A stretch of DNA of 64,000 bases from Candidatus Bathyarchaeota archaeon (GCA_963807605.1 CAWECG010000003.1:768001-832000), one strand, 5' to 3'. Positions 30,040 through 38,750 are shown, numbered from the stretch's first letter. Notes: generated by a model not told the origin, from the letters alone. Program-made: numbers and translations.

Positions 30040-31182
30040 CTAATGGTAGTCCGTTGGGTCTCCGGGGATCCAGTTTTCAAGAGGTTCCTTCAGAATAGTT
30101 GGCAATTGAGCATCATTGAAACATCTGTCTATCTGGTACATGTTCCTTTGCAGGTCACTCCCAAGTTTCGCCTTGATTGAAGTCGCAACCGGATCAACCA
30201 GAAATATCTTCAGCGCGAGATTTTCCTTGACCGCATTATAAAACACGTTGTTTACCGCTTCGTCTCTAAAGGAATAACCAATGACGATGCACACCGGGGT
30301 TCTCTTCAATTTCTCTTGAAACAAATGAAATAGTTCAAAGAAAGGATCTTGATAGATATATTTCGTTTGAATTGGATAGATCAACAATTCTCCGCGAATG
30401 TTATCTCCGTAGAGTGTTTTCTCTTGCCTCGCTGGCAGCAAGATAATTTCCCCTTTGTCAGTTATCCACTGGTCTATTGAACCGTGAAGCTTGTGAAGGC
30501 GAATGCGTTCGTCTCCGGCGAATCCTTCGTGTTGATGGAGATTCTTGATGTTGAAAATCATTTTGGTCTTGGTTGGATCCGCGTCGAATCCGTTTGTCAT
30601 TGGTATCATTTTCTTGTTACAGTATAGTTCTATGCAGAGGTCATAGTTAGTGGTGATTATGTCGACCGGAAGGTAAGTGGTTGCCGTGCCCGAAAGTCTG
30701 GCTGATATTATGTTGGTAATCCGTTCAGGAGATCTCGAAGCCTTAACTCTGAGAATGTTCAGCGCCTCAAAAAGTGAATCGTAGGTTTTAGTCATCTTGT
30801 CGATCTGTTCCTCTTTCAATCGAGAGGTCTCGTAGATGTAGTTCTTGATGGCTTGAATCGTATTCTCAAGATCTGGACGTTTAGGCAGTTGATCAATGGC
30901 ACTATATTGGGATAAGTACCATGGGAAGGGCCCAGAATCTCGAACGGCCTCTTTGGGGCTCATATAGCTGGTTAGAACGGTCAAGACCGATTCCAGATCG
31001 GGTGTAAAACCGAATTCTCTAATCTTCTTTTGAATTGACTCGATATCGTATTTGTTGATAGAGGGTATCTGCTTGATCTCATCGGTCATTTCCTGTAAAG
31101 TAGGAATGTCGAAACTCCTTGAGGCTCCTGCACCAAGAAAGACAATCACAAGAACCAACCCCCGCAAGCTACTAAGGCGCAC
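30040..31182 (-). CDS. SIR2-like (SIR2_2) protein, putative NADase
   Basis: FLGAGAS, TTNYD, KLHGSI, IGYSFRD. Confidence 0.9.
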   Translation of the reverse strand: MRLSSLRGLVLVIVFLGAGASRSFDIPTLQEMTDEIKQIPSINKYDIESIQKKIREFGFTPDLESVLTVLTSYMSPKEAVRDSGPFPWYLSQYSAIDQLPKRPDLENTIQAIKNYIYETSRLKEEQIDKMTKTYDSLFEALNILRVKASRSPERITNIISARLSGTATTYLPVDIITTNYDLCIELYCNKKMIPMTNGFDADPTKTKMIFNIKNLHQHEGFAGDERIRLHKLHGSIDQWITDKGEIILLPARQEKTLYGDNIRGELLIYPIQTKYIYQDPFFELFHLFQEKLKRTPVCIVIGYSFRDEAVNNVFYNAVKENLALKIFLVDPVATSIKAKLGSDLQRNMYQIDRCFNDAQLPTILKEPLENWIPGDPTDYH

Positions 31183-31183
31183 G

Positions 31184-32353
31184 CTAACTAGGAATAGTTT
31201 CCTCTGGGTAGTTTAGTCTGAAGAAATCCCTTACAATTTGGTCTTTGAGCTTGTAGTTTCCTTCCATTTTGAATATCAAATCGAACTCGATGAGTTTAGT
31301 CAAGTATCGAATCAGCCACTCCGGCCTTAGGCCCGTTTCTTTAGCAATTTTTGAAACGCTCATTTCTTCTTTTGAGAGAGCTCTTAGTATTCTCGCATAG
31401 TTCGTTTCTGTGACTTTAGAACCTAGATCATCGCTTAAAATATAGTTAACATACAAATAGAGGCCTCCAGTAACATTAGTCAACAGTCGCTCATATCTTT
31501 CTGCAACAGCCTCTCCCGGTCTTCTCGCTTCTGCCATTACAAGAAGGTAGAAAGGGTGCCCTCCTACAAGTCTGTAGACTTCTTCAGCTTCATTACGATC
31601 TACTTCTAGAGCTGCATTCAAGTAGAGCTCCCTAGCGTCTTTTTCCTCAAGAGGCCCAACCTCAATCAAGTTGAATCTGCCAAATAATGGTGAACCACCT
31701 TCACCAAATATACTCTTTAACATATGGACTCTGGAACCACTTAAGATGATGGAGACTCCTGCCAACTCATCTATGATTGATCTGAACTGATCCATCACAT
31801 TTTTCATACCGTCAAATCTAGTCCATTCAATGATTTTCTGAGCTTCATCCAAGATTATGACGACTCTTGTCCCTGAGACAGTGGCCAAATGGGAAGCGTA
31901 AGAAAAGGCTTTTCCAAAAGATTCAGTAAATCTTGGTTTTTCGTTCGCAAAAGCAGGTCTAATTGTCCAAACAGGTTTTCCGACATCATCTAGAGTGAGA
32001 TCGAACTCCACACGCAACCTTCTCAATTTCTTGATTTCTTTGATTGCATCACCTACCTGACTAATGATTTGTGATTTTACGTCAAGTGTTTTTTTATAGG
32101 ATTCGGTGAGCGAGTCGATGATGGCTTGGTTAAATTCACTAGGATCATAGCCATATTTTGAGAAATCTAGTCTCGTGACAATGACATTCTGGTCAGCTAA
32201 GCGTTTCTCCAGTTCCTTTAGGATAGCGGTTTTGCCAATTCTTCTTGGGCCTATTAGGGCATAATGCATTTTCGCGCCCAGTTTCGTCAGCCCTTCAAGA
32301 AGTTTTGTCAGTATTTCCTCTCGGTCAACTATGTTATCGAACATATATGTCAT
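31184..32353 (-). CDS. archaeal AAA/STAND-like ATPase with C-terminal winged helix
   Basis: VDREE, GPRRIGKT, IILDEAQ, LSGS, SPLFGR, GGHPFYL; HTH at SVSKIAKETGL. Confidence 0.88.
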   Translation of the reverse strand: MTYMFDNIVDREEILTKLLEGLTKLGAKMHYALIGPRRIGKTAILKELEKRLADQNVIVTRLDFSKYGYDPSEFNQAIIDSLTESYKKTLDVKSQIISQVGDAIKEIKKLRRLRVEFDLTLDDVGKPVWTIRPAFANEKPRFTESFGKAFSYASHLATVSGTRVVIILDEAQKIIEWTRFDGMKNVMDQFRSIIDELAGVSIILSGSRVHMLKSIFGEGGSPLFGRFNLIEVGPLEEKDARELYLNAALEVDRNEAEEVYRLVGGHPFYLLVMAEARRPGEAVAERYERLLTNVTGGLYLYVNYILSDDLGSKVTETNYARILRALSKEEMSVSKIAKETGLRPEWLIRYLTKLIEFDLIFKMEGNYKLKDQIVRDFFRLNYPEETIPS

Positions 32354-32470
32354 CTAACATATATGTTGAATTACATATAAGTTTCCCTGTCAACAATTGT
32401 TTCGCCAAGCTTACGAAGGCATGTTTTCCAACACATATGTCGTATAACATATATGCGATATAACATATGT
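32341..32470. repeat. palindromic ACAT(AT)ATGT repeat cluster over the ATPase start and upstream region
   Basis: Copies at 32341, 32357, 32373 (partial), 32433, 32447, 32463. Confidence 0.8.
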
Positions 32471-32827
32471 GCTAGTCGTCACCCATGACGTGTGCAATAC
32501 CTATGCCAATAACCTCGATTCTCTTCTATTGTCCTGTTTTAACCCCGTTACACTTCACTATTCCTGCTTAGACTACAAAAAAGGTGATTTTGTCTCCATA
32601 ATACTGCCGCAGATCTCGGATACAATTTCCAATACGGGAGAAATGTCCTGATTTTGCTTGATTCCATCAGAAACAACCTCATTCTACTAGCTATTTCTCT
32701 GATTCAATTAGCTTTTTGATATATCCCTCCTATGGTATTCTATGATTATGCTATGATTTAGTTTCAGAGATAACATGTCATAATCAGGCCAGAAGTGGAC
32801 ACCTCTATGTCTCCATTTCTCCTACAA

Positions 32828-33655
32828 TTATGGAGCATCTTGGACTCTAGTGGATTCTATCGGATTGAATCTGGAGTTCAAGTACTTGGATAAGTCAAGG
32901 AATTCATCAAACTCTTCCCGCGTGACATCAGTCTTTTCCTTCATTAGCGCCAAGGCCTTGAGAAACGTCTTAGCATTCAAGAAGAACCTGAAGCCGTAAA
33001 ATTTCATAGAGTCACCGATCTTGATGCTGATAGGAACCAGATCCTTCGCGATGTCTTTCGGAAGAATGACATCAACTGGTTGAGTTGGAAATTCTAAGTC
33101 AATCTTGTCTCCAACAGCGCTCTTGTCTTCCAGAAGAGAATCGTATATCCTGCAAACCGCAGATATGGGATAGCTATAGCTGAAGAGGAACATTCTGCTT
33201 AGGAAACCCATCTTAGCCCAATCGTGTCTGCCATCCTCCAGAGCATCTTCAGTAATCGCGGTCAATAGTCCGCAGTTCACTTCTTTGTCCCAGACATTAG
33301 CGTACGTTGTGATTTTTGCGACTCCTTCCTCAATGAGGTTATTCAGAAAAGCTATCAAAGACTGTCTTGTCTTCGCGCTTTTGCTGAGTGGAGTGATCAA
33401 GTCTGCTATTATGATGTGTTTGACCTCTCCTGACACTACCTTCGGCAGGACATCACGTGTTAGACCGAAAGCTGTACAATCGGTGTAGTAGACGATTCCC
33501 TTGTTCTCCTTGTACTTCTTCAGGACGGCTGTCTTTCCGCTTTCAGGTTTAGCGACAATAAGAAGCGAGAGAGGCTTCTCATCTTTCAAATATGCACTGT
33601 AGAGAGTAGCTCTTACTGTCTTTTCCAGTGCATCTAATTCTATAATTCTTGGCAA
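32828..33655 (-). CDS. AAA+ ATPase, putative replicative helicase
   Basis: Walker A AKPESGKT, Walker B IIIAD, LNNLIEEG, Arg-finger-like GFLSR. Confidence 0.75.
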   Translation of the reverse strand: MPRIIELDALEKTVRATLYSAYLKDEKPLSLLIVAKPESGKTAVLKKYKENKGIVYYTDCTAFGLTRDVLPKVVSGEVKHIIIADLITPLSKSAKTRQSLIAFLNNLIEEGVAKITTYANVWDKEVNCGLLTAITEDALEDGRHDWAKMGFLSRMFLFSYSYPISAVCRIYDSLLEDKSAVGDKIDLEFPTQPVDVILPKDIAKDLVPISIKIGDSMKFYGFRFFLNAKTFLKALALMKEKTDVTREEFDEFLDLSKYLNSRFNPIESTRVQDAP

Positions 33656-33687
33656 TATTCCTCAACCATTTTCTGTCTCGCCGAGCT

Positions 33688-34161
33688 TCATACTCGTACT
33701 CTCGTTCCAGCTCGCGATCTTCCTCTATGTTCACTGTCCTTATGCTCATGCTGAAGTCTCCTTGCGAGTGATCTTGTGTTCTGGATGGTTGACTGAGAAG
33801 ATGCACTGCCTCGATAGATAGTCCGCAATCTCTTGTTAGGAGATTCGAAGAGCTTGTTCCATTCCTTGAATCCAACTCGTATTCGCGCGCGATTGAAATC
33901 TACTCTTCGACAATCATCACCTAAAAGGAACTGTAATCGATTCGCAAGCTCCGATTTCATCGCAGGGATTATTTTGATGTAGAAGTGGTTGCCTTTGCAT
34001 CGACTTGGACACATTCTTATTTGGACAACTTTGACCCCATGATTCCTGCAAATATTGACCACTGACCGGACATAGTCGCTTATCCATTCATGGTCTACGA
34101 CACAGTCCTTATCGACCTTTAATTCATCGACGAGTCCTGCGTCTGTACCTTTTCTTGACAT
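33688..34161 (-). CDS. small archaeo-eukaryotic primase (AEP)-like protein
   Basis: LKVDKD (DxD), SRCKGNHFYI (SxxxGxH), LGDD in AEP motif order. Confidence 0.55.
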   Translation of the reverse strand: MSRKGTDAGLVDELKVDKDCVVDHEWISDYVRSVVNICRNHGVKVVQIRMCPSRCKGNHFYIKIIPAMKSELANRLQFLLGDDCRRVDFNRARIRVGFKEWNKLFESPNKRLRTIYRGSASSQSTIQNTRSLARRLQHEHKDSEHRGRSRAGTRVRV

Positions 34162-34495
34162 AACTAATCACTCTTGATGGTAGTCGGTGGGCCTTCCACC
34201 TCCGACCTTTGCGCTCCATCCTTAACGCTTCAATAGTCAGATGCCGTTGCGTCTTGGTTGCTGGTCTCTCACGCTCGAATGAAATCCTAATGTATTTTTT
34301 CGGAATCCAACGTCTATGCTTCCGATACAAATGTCGTTGAAAATATTGAAGCCCTCTTCTCGCAAGACTTCTCCTTACTCTTCTGATGTCACCTTTTCTC
34401 GTTGCCGTAATGTACATTTCCTGTTCCTGTGGTATCTTCTGATGCTCTTCATACCACATTGTAGAAACCGTCATTTTGTAGATTCTAGCCGACAT
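34124..34495 (-). CDS. very basic Arg/Lys-rich protein
   Basis: 123 aa, overlaps both neighbours in the same operon. Confidence 0.65.
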   Translation of the reverse strand: MSARIYKMTVSTMWYEEHQKIPQEQEMYITATRKGDIRRVRRSLARRGLQYFQRHLYRKHRRWIPKKYIRISFERERPATKTQRHLTIEALRMERKGRRWKAHRLPSRVISYVKKRYRRRTRR

Positions 34496-34751
34496 TGGAC
34501 ATCCTCTTTTCTTGGTAGCCCGATCCCTTGACTGAGCGGACCTTGTTGGGAGAATTTATCCAGAAAATCCAGCTTTTTGAAGACTTGACTGCCTGAATTC
34601 TACCTTCGTATAGGAGTTCTAGGCAATGTTTCAGGGCGGTGTTCCAGTTGCCAATCCTACACGCCACCCTAATCTTCTCTACATCCAATGGTTGCTGAGT
34701 TTCAGCGAGTTGCTTAAGAATGGAAGTCTTGTAATCGAAACTTTTCTTCAT
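34485..34751 (-). CDS. small winged-helix protein
   Basis: ILKQL...PLDVEKIR..CRIGNWNTALKHCLELL.EGRI...SKSWIFW; ATG at 34751. Confidence 0.7.
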   Translation of the reverse strand: MKKSFDYKTSILKQLAETQQPLDVEKIRVACRIGNWNTALKHCLELLYEGRIQAVKSSKSWIFWINSPNKVRSVKGSGYQEKRMSNVG

Positions 34752-34823
34752 TCGAATCGCCTTACAGAAGATCTTACATGAATTGTTATATAGAGGCGTA
34801 CACATGCAATTATCCGAAGATGC

Positions 34824-35498
34824 GTGGGTATGGACAAGTATGAGGCGCTTGCAGAGAAACTCAACCGTGTAAGAACAGGAATTCTGCTAAATGGTCCAAT
34901 CACTGTGTATGGTATCGAGAGATACTTAGACCTTCCAAATGCGACGGCTAAGAGATATTTCAAAACCCTGCTAAGAGAGAAAGAGATTATTCAATACAGG
35001 ACAGAACCGCACAAAAGTGGAAATATCAAGATACTCTATGGGCCGACCCTCTACGGTTATTTAAGATGGTTCAGAATCCCGAAGAGCATTGCCAAGAAGA
35101 ATTTTGGGGCAGCAATGAAAATTTGGCTTCCAGAAGACAAATTCGAATTCTTTCTACCCAAGAACGAATTACAAGAGGCGCTGAAGAATAGCCAAGTTGT
35201 AGTTCATTTATCGAGATTCTGTCAGATGATCGCAGATGTACTCCCTGACGCAGAAGACTTCTCAAGTTACCTAGAAGACCAAGGCTACAGCGAATCCAAT
35301 CCCTCACAGATAATCAGTCTAGCTATGCAATTTGTAGGCAGAAGCCATGCTAAAGAATGGACTGCAAGTTCAAAAGTTCTCGTCAAATATTTGCCGACCT
35401 ACCAGCAGCAGCTACAGCAATTCATTCGGAATCAGCGAGAACGACTTGATCGCATGGAAAAAGAGATCTTTGGGCATGAGGGAGGAAGTCAAGAATGA
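34824..35498 (+). CDS. HTH regulator upstream of cas1
   Basis: GPITVYGIERYLDLPNATAKRYFKTLL; ATGA overlap with cas1. Confidence 0.75.
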   Translation: MGMDKYEALAEKLNRVRTGILLNGPITVYGIERYLDLPNATAKRYFKTLLREKEIIQYRTEPHKSGNIKILYGPTLYGYLRWFRIPKSIAKKNFGAAMKIWLPEDKFEFFLPKNELQEALKNSQVVVHLSRFCQMIADVLPDAEDFSSYLEDQGYSESNPSQIISLAMQFVGRSHAKEWTASSKVLVKYLPTYQQQLQQFIRNQRERLDRMEKEIFGHEGGSQE

Positions 35499-36703
35499 AT
35501 CCTCTTCATCTTTCTGGTTACGGCGTCAAGGTCAAGGTCGATAATATGCGTCCTAAGTCAGAGCTTGTGATATCTGATGGCAGACAGGACTTCAAGGAAG
35601 GCTCAGCCTATCGCTTTAGGCCAAGAAAGATTCCTTATGACTCCATCATCATTGACGGTCACAGCGGCTACATCTCTCTTCAAGCCTTCCACTGGCTATC
35701 CAAGAACAAGATTCCAGTCTTCATCCTCAACTTCGATGGTAGCTTGATTTCGTCTATTCTTCCTCCTATGCCTGTTAAGGCTGACTTGAGAGCTGCACAA
35801 TTAGACGCCTCAAGAGATGCTGAGAAGACATTCAAGATTGCATATGAACTGGTGAAGGCTAAGATTCAGAGAACCCATGATGTCTTGAAGTGGCTTGCAG
35901 ATAGATACGACATAGAAAAGCAAGCGAGGAAAGTCAAAAAAGAATCCTTGACTCTCTCAAAGGCAAGTACAATCAAAGACCTGAGAATTGTCGAAGGCAG
36001 AGTAGCTCTAAGATATTGGCAAACTATCCAGTCAGTTATTCCTGAGACCTTTGATTTTCAAGGCAGAATCACCAAGAAACATCAGTACAATGCTTCAGAC
36101 CCTGTTAATCTGGCGCTGAACTATGCTTATGGAGTATTGGAGGGCGAATGCCGTAGAGCAATAAACATCGTAGGCTTAGAGCCTTCAGTCGGCTTTTTGC
36201 CTGATTTCGCTGATTACCAGACCAAACAATCATTGGTCTACGACTTGCAGGAACCCTTCAGATGGATTGGTGAAATAGCTACAATACAGGCCTTCGAGTC
36301 GGGTCTACTGGATATGAAAGATTTCTATTTCATGGGCGACGATTACCGCTATCACCTTGAGATAGAAGCTAAGAGAAGATTCCTACGATTTCTCAAAGAA
36401 CGATTCAACTCAGCAATTAGGTACAAAGGCAAGGTATGGCAGTGGGATACTGTTATCCTGAATAAGGTTCAAGAGTTAAGCAGATTCTTTCTTGGGAGAT
36501 CCAAGTTCGTAGACTTCATAGAACCTGCTCCAAGTCTGGTAAGAAGCGATAGTTTGGAATTTCGCAATCGAATTCTAGAGCTGACACAGAAACAGGCTCA
36601 AGGACTTGGCATGAGTAAGAGTACTCTTCATCATCTGCGTAAGAATATTAGTAGTGATAAATCGTTTAGAGTATATCAGAAGGTTGCCTGTAGGCTGAAG
36701 TAA
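35495..36703 (+). CDS. cas1: casposase-type solo Cas1 with C-terminal HTH
   Basis: MNPLHLSGYG start, IPYDSIIIDGHSG.IS, VEGRVA..YW, ASDPVNLALNYAYG.LE, SLVYDLQEPFR, HTH QAQGLGMSKSTLHHL; no cas2 or CRISPR array. Confidence 0.92.
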   Translation: MNPLHLSGYGVKVKVDNMRPKSELVISDGRQDFKEGSAYRFRPRKIPYDSIIIDGHSGYISLQAFHWLSKNKIPVFILNFDGSLISSILPPMPVKADLRAAQLDASRDAEKTFKIAYELVKAKIQRTHDVLKWLADRYDIEKQARKVKKESLTLSKASTIKDLRIVEGRVALRYWQTIQSVIPETFDFQGRITKKHQYNASDPVNLALNYAYGVLEGECRRAINIVGLEPSVGFLPDFADYQTKQSLVYDLQEPFRWIGEIATIQAFESGLLDMKDFYFMGDDYRYHLEIEAKRRFLRFLKERFNSAIRYKGKVWQWDTVILNKVQELSRFFLGRSKFVDFIEPAPSLVRSDSLEFRNRILELTQKQAQGLGMSKSTLHHLRKNISSDKSFRVYQKVACRLK

Positions 36704-37396
36704 ATGGCTGAGAAGAAGCATTCTAGACGTAGATTTCTGAAGTATGTAGGAGCGGGGATTGTTGCAGCAACTGCTGGAATATGCTACCTAACTAAGGACT
36801 ATTGGTATTCTCGCATACAGGAAGCCTACAAAGAATTCTATACAAGAATGTTTCCAGAAAGGAGTTCGACTACCACCACAACAGCTTCCACCACAACAGA
36901 AACTCAAACTCCCAGTATTATCCAATCACCATCGGCCACTGTAACTCCAACACCAACACCAAAGGAACAGATGTCCGAAGACGAAATAATGATAAGAGGA
37001 GTCCTGGCTGCGTGGAGAGATCTCTACAATCCTGGAAAAACGGGTAATACTCTCGGGGTCTATACGGACGATGCCGTCTTGGATTTTGGCTGCAGTAGTG
37101 ATAGAGTCGGGAGCTTTACCGGGTCGGCTGAAATATCAGCGTTCATCAGTGGACGTGTGGCTGAAGATGATTGCAAAATGGCGAATCAGATAATAGAAAC
37201 GTTGAGAATACAGGACAATGAGGCATATGTCGTATGCTATGAGGATTTGATGACTAGCAGAGGAACCGCTAGATGGCTCAGCAAATTCAAGCTGAGAAAG
37301 ATCAGCGAAATCAGGCGTGGAGCCAGCACATTCAAACTCCCAAAACCACTTTGGAAAATACAGGATGAGTATTCTCACTGTGCGCAAGACGGCTGA
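36704..37396 (+). CDS. Tat-signal protein with Thr-rich linker and NTF2/SnoaL-like domain
   Basis: SRRRFLK twin-arginine motif, poly-Thr/Pro, IRGVLAAWRD, YTDDAVL, LWKI. Confidence 0.8.
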   Translation: MAEKKHSRRRFLKYVGAGIVAATAGICYLTKDYWYSRIQEAYKEFYTRMFPERSSTTTTTASTTTETQTPSIIQSPSATVTPTPTPKEQMSEDEIMIRGVLAAWRDLYNPGKTGNTLGVYTDDAVLDFGCSSDRVGSFTGSAEISAFISGRVAEDDCKMANQIIETLRIQDNEAYVVCYEDLMTSRGTARWLSKFKLRKISEIRRGASTFKLPKPLWKIQDEYSHCAQDG

Positions 37397-37413
37397 AATC
37401 GTCGTCGTCGTCG

Positions 37414-37427
37414 CTTTAGCTGGTGAG
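37414..37427. repeat. target-site repeat copy 3 (proximal to putative leader)
   Basis: CTTTAGCTGGTGAG immediately after (TCG)5. Confidence 0.92.
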
Positions 37428-37446
37428 AGCATCCAGATTTGAACCG
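37421..37446 (-). other. tRNA 3'-end-like motif forming the putative casposase target
   Basis: Minus strand CGG-TTCAAAT-CTGGA-TGCTCTC-A-CCA: T-loop, exactly 12 nt, discriminator, CCA; no recognisable 5' half. Confidence 0.6.
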
Positions 37447-37541
37447 TTAGATTATGATTTTGTGTGTGGTGCTACTTGGTTAGAGTATCGAGATCCCCCT
37501 TCACTTTGCACATGCCAGAACTCCTCGGAACTATTGAACTG

Positions 37542-38732
37542 TTAGGTTGGTTCACCTTCGTAAGATATGCAGCATGGATCTTCAGCCCATAGGTCGTTTG
37601 ACTCAAAATAGGCTCTTATTCTGCAGCCTCCAGTGCAAGTCTTCTTGTTAATGCATCTTCCACATTTACCTTTGAGCTTGTCAACTTTTCTTCTCAAATC
37701 TGAGAGAACAGGGTTCTGGGGGTCGTTCCAGATCTTCCCAAGAGATATTTCTTTTAAGTTTCCCACTTTCAGACTTGCGAGTTGGGCGAATTGACATGGG
37801 TATATGTTTCCTTGAGGGTCTATGTTGAGTACTCTATCACCCGCACTGCATGTATCGCCAACTAACTCCAAGATTTCGTGAGCCTTGTCATATATGTTAG
37901 GTGCCTCTTTCTTCAACCTATTGAGAATATACACGCCATCTTGCGGTGCATCCACAGTGAGTATCTCTATCTGTTCTGGGCTAAGTGACCATGTAGACTC
38001 GTATAGCTCGTTGAGCACCCATGCAATCTCATCTTTATCGAGTCTTTTCTTTTGATACAGGTTTCTTCCTCTGCCGCTTGGAACAAGCCAGTATAGGCAG
38101 AATCTTGGTACATCTAGGCGTCTAGTGAGAGCCAATAGTTCAGGAATCTCTTTGAAATTGTCTCTTGTCGCCGTTAACCTGATTCCACACTTAATTCCTG
38201 ACTCAATACAATTCTTCAAAGCTCTGACAGAACTGTCAAAGCTACCACTTTGGCCTCTTATCGTATCATGTGTGGATGCGCGAGCTCCGTCGAGCGATAC
38301 CCCAACATAATCTACCTGTTCCTCTTTGAGCCTCTGCGCAACATCGCGTGTTATCAGAAGGCCGTTGCTGCTAACTGCCACCTTCACGCCGCGGGAACGG
38401 GAGTATTTGAGTATGTCCCAGAAGTCTGATCTGACAAGGGGTTCTCCACCGCTGAGCATTAGTAAGGGAGTTCTACAGGCGACTGCTTCATCGACGAGAC
38501 GCTGCGCGTCATGAAATGAAAGTTCACTATTCAGTTGCTGATTTCCCGCATTGATGTAGCACTGTGAGCATGAGAGGTTGCATCTGCTCGTCAGGTTCCA
38601 AAATATGAGCGGCCTCTTCTGTTCAGAGAAAGCCAAATACTTACTGGGAATCCTTGAGGGGTCTTCTTTTCGGTGTTTCAGAATCTTGGCTACAGTCCCT
38701 TCTCCATGAATCAACTCAGTGAATCTGATCAT
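37542..38732 (-). CDS. ahbC: radical SAM/SPASM heme biosynthesis protein (AhbC/NirJ1-like)
   Basis: CNLSCSQC, SGGEPL, LVPSGRG, CSAG, SPASM cysteines; follows ahbAB. Confidence 0.7.
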   Translation of the reverse strand: MIRFTELIHGEGTVAKILKHRKEDPSRIPSKYLAFSEQKRPLIFWNLTSRCNLSCSQCYINAGNQQLNSELSFHDAQRLVDEAVACRTPLLMLSGGEPLVRSDFWDILKYSRSRGVKVAVSSNGLLITRDVAQRLKEEQVDYVGVSLDGARASTHDTIRGQSGSFDSSVRALKNCIESGIKCGIRLTATRDNFKEIPELLALTRRLDVPRFCLYWLVPSGRGRNLYQKKRLDKDEIAWVLNELYESTWSLSPEQIEILTVDAPQDGVYILNRLKKEAPNIYDKAHEILELVGDTCSAGDRVLNIDPQGNIYPCQFAQLASLKVGNLKEISLGKIWNDPQNPVLSDLRRKVDKLKGKCGRCINKKTCTGGCRIRAYFESNDLWAEDPCCISYEGEPT

Positions 38733-38750
38733 TATGAAACACCACGGTTT

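Larger units (their letters stand above)
28434..37413. mobile_element. casposon-like element B (8980 bp), PolB-less, with (CGA)n termini
   Basis: (CGA)4 at 28434-28445 and (TCG)5 at 37399-37413; perfect 14-bp flanking duplication; contains solo casposase-type cas1. Confidence 0.88.

Noticed and set aside
33579-33749. 56-aa ORF MSIRTVNIEEDRELE... between the AEP-like and ATPase genes
   Set aside because: Overlaps both neighbours substantially; could be real but unsupported
35495-36703. cas1 as part of a CRISPR-Cas system
   Set aside because: No cas2, cas4, effector genes or short repeat-spacer array seen; the N-terminus and C-terminal HTH fit casposases
37461-37471. TGTGTGTGGTG as a further element terminus
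   Set aside because: Not followed by the 14-bp repeat and no partner end found
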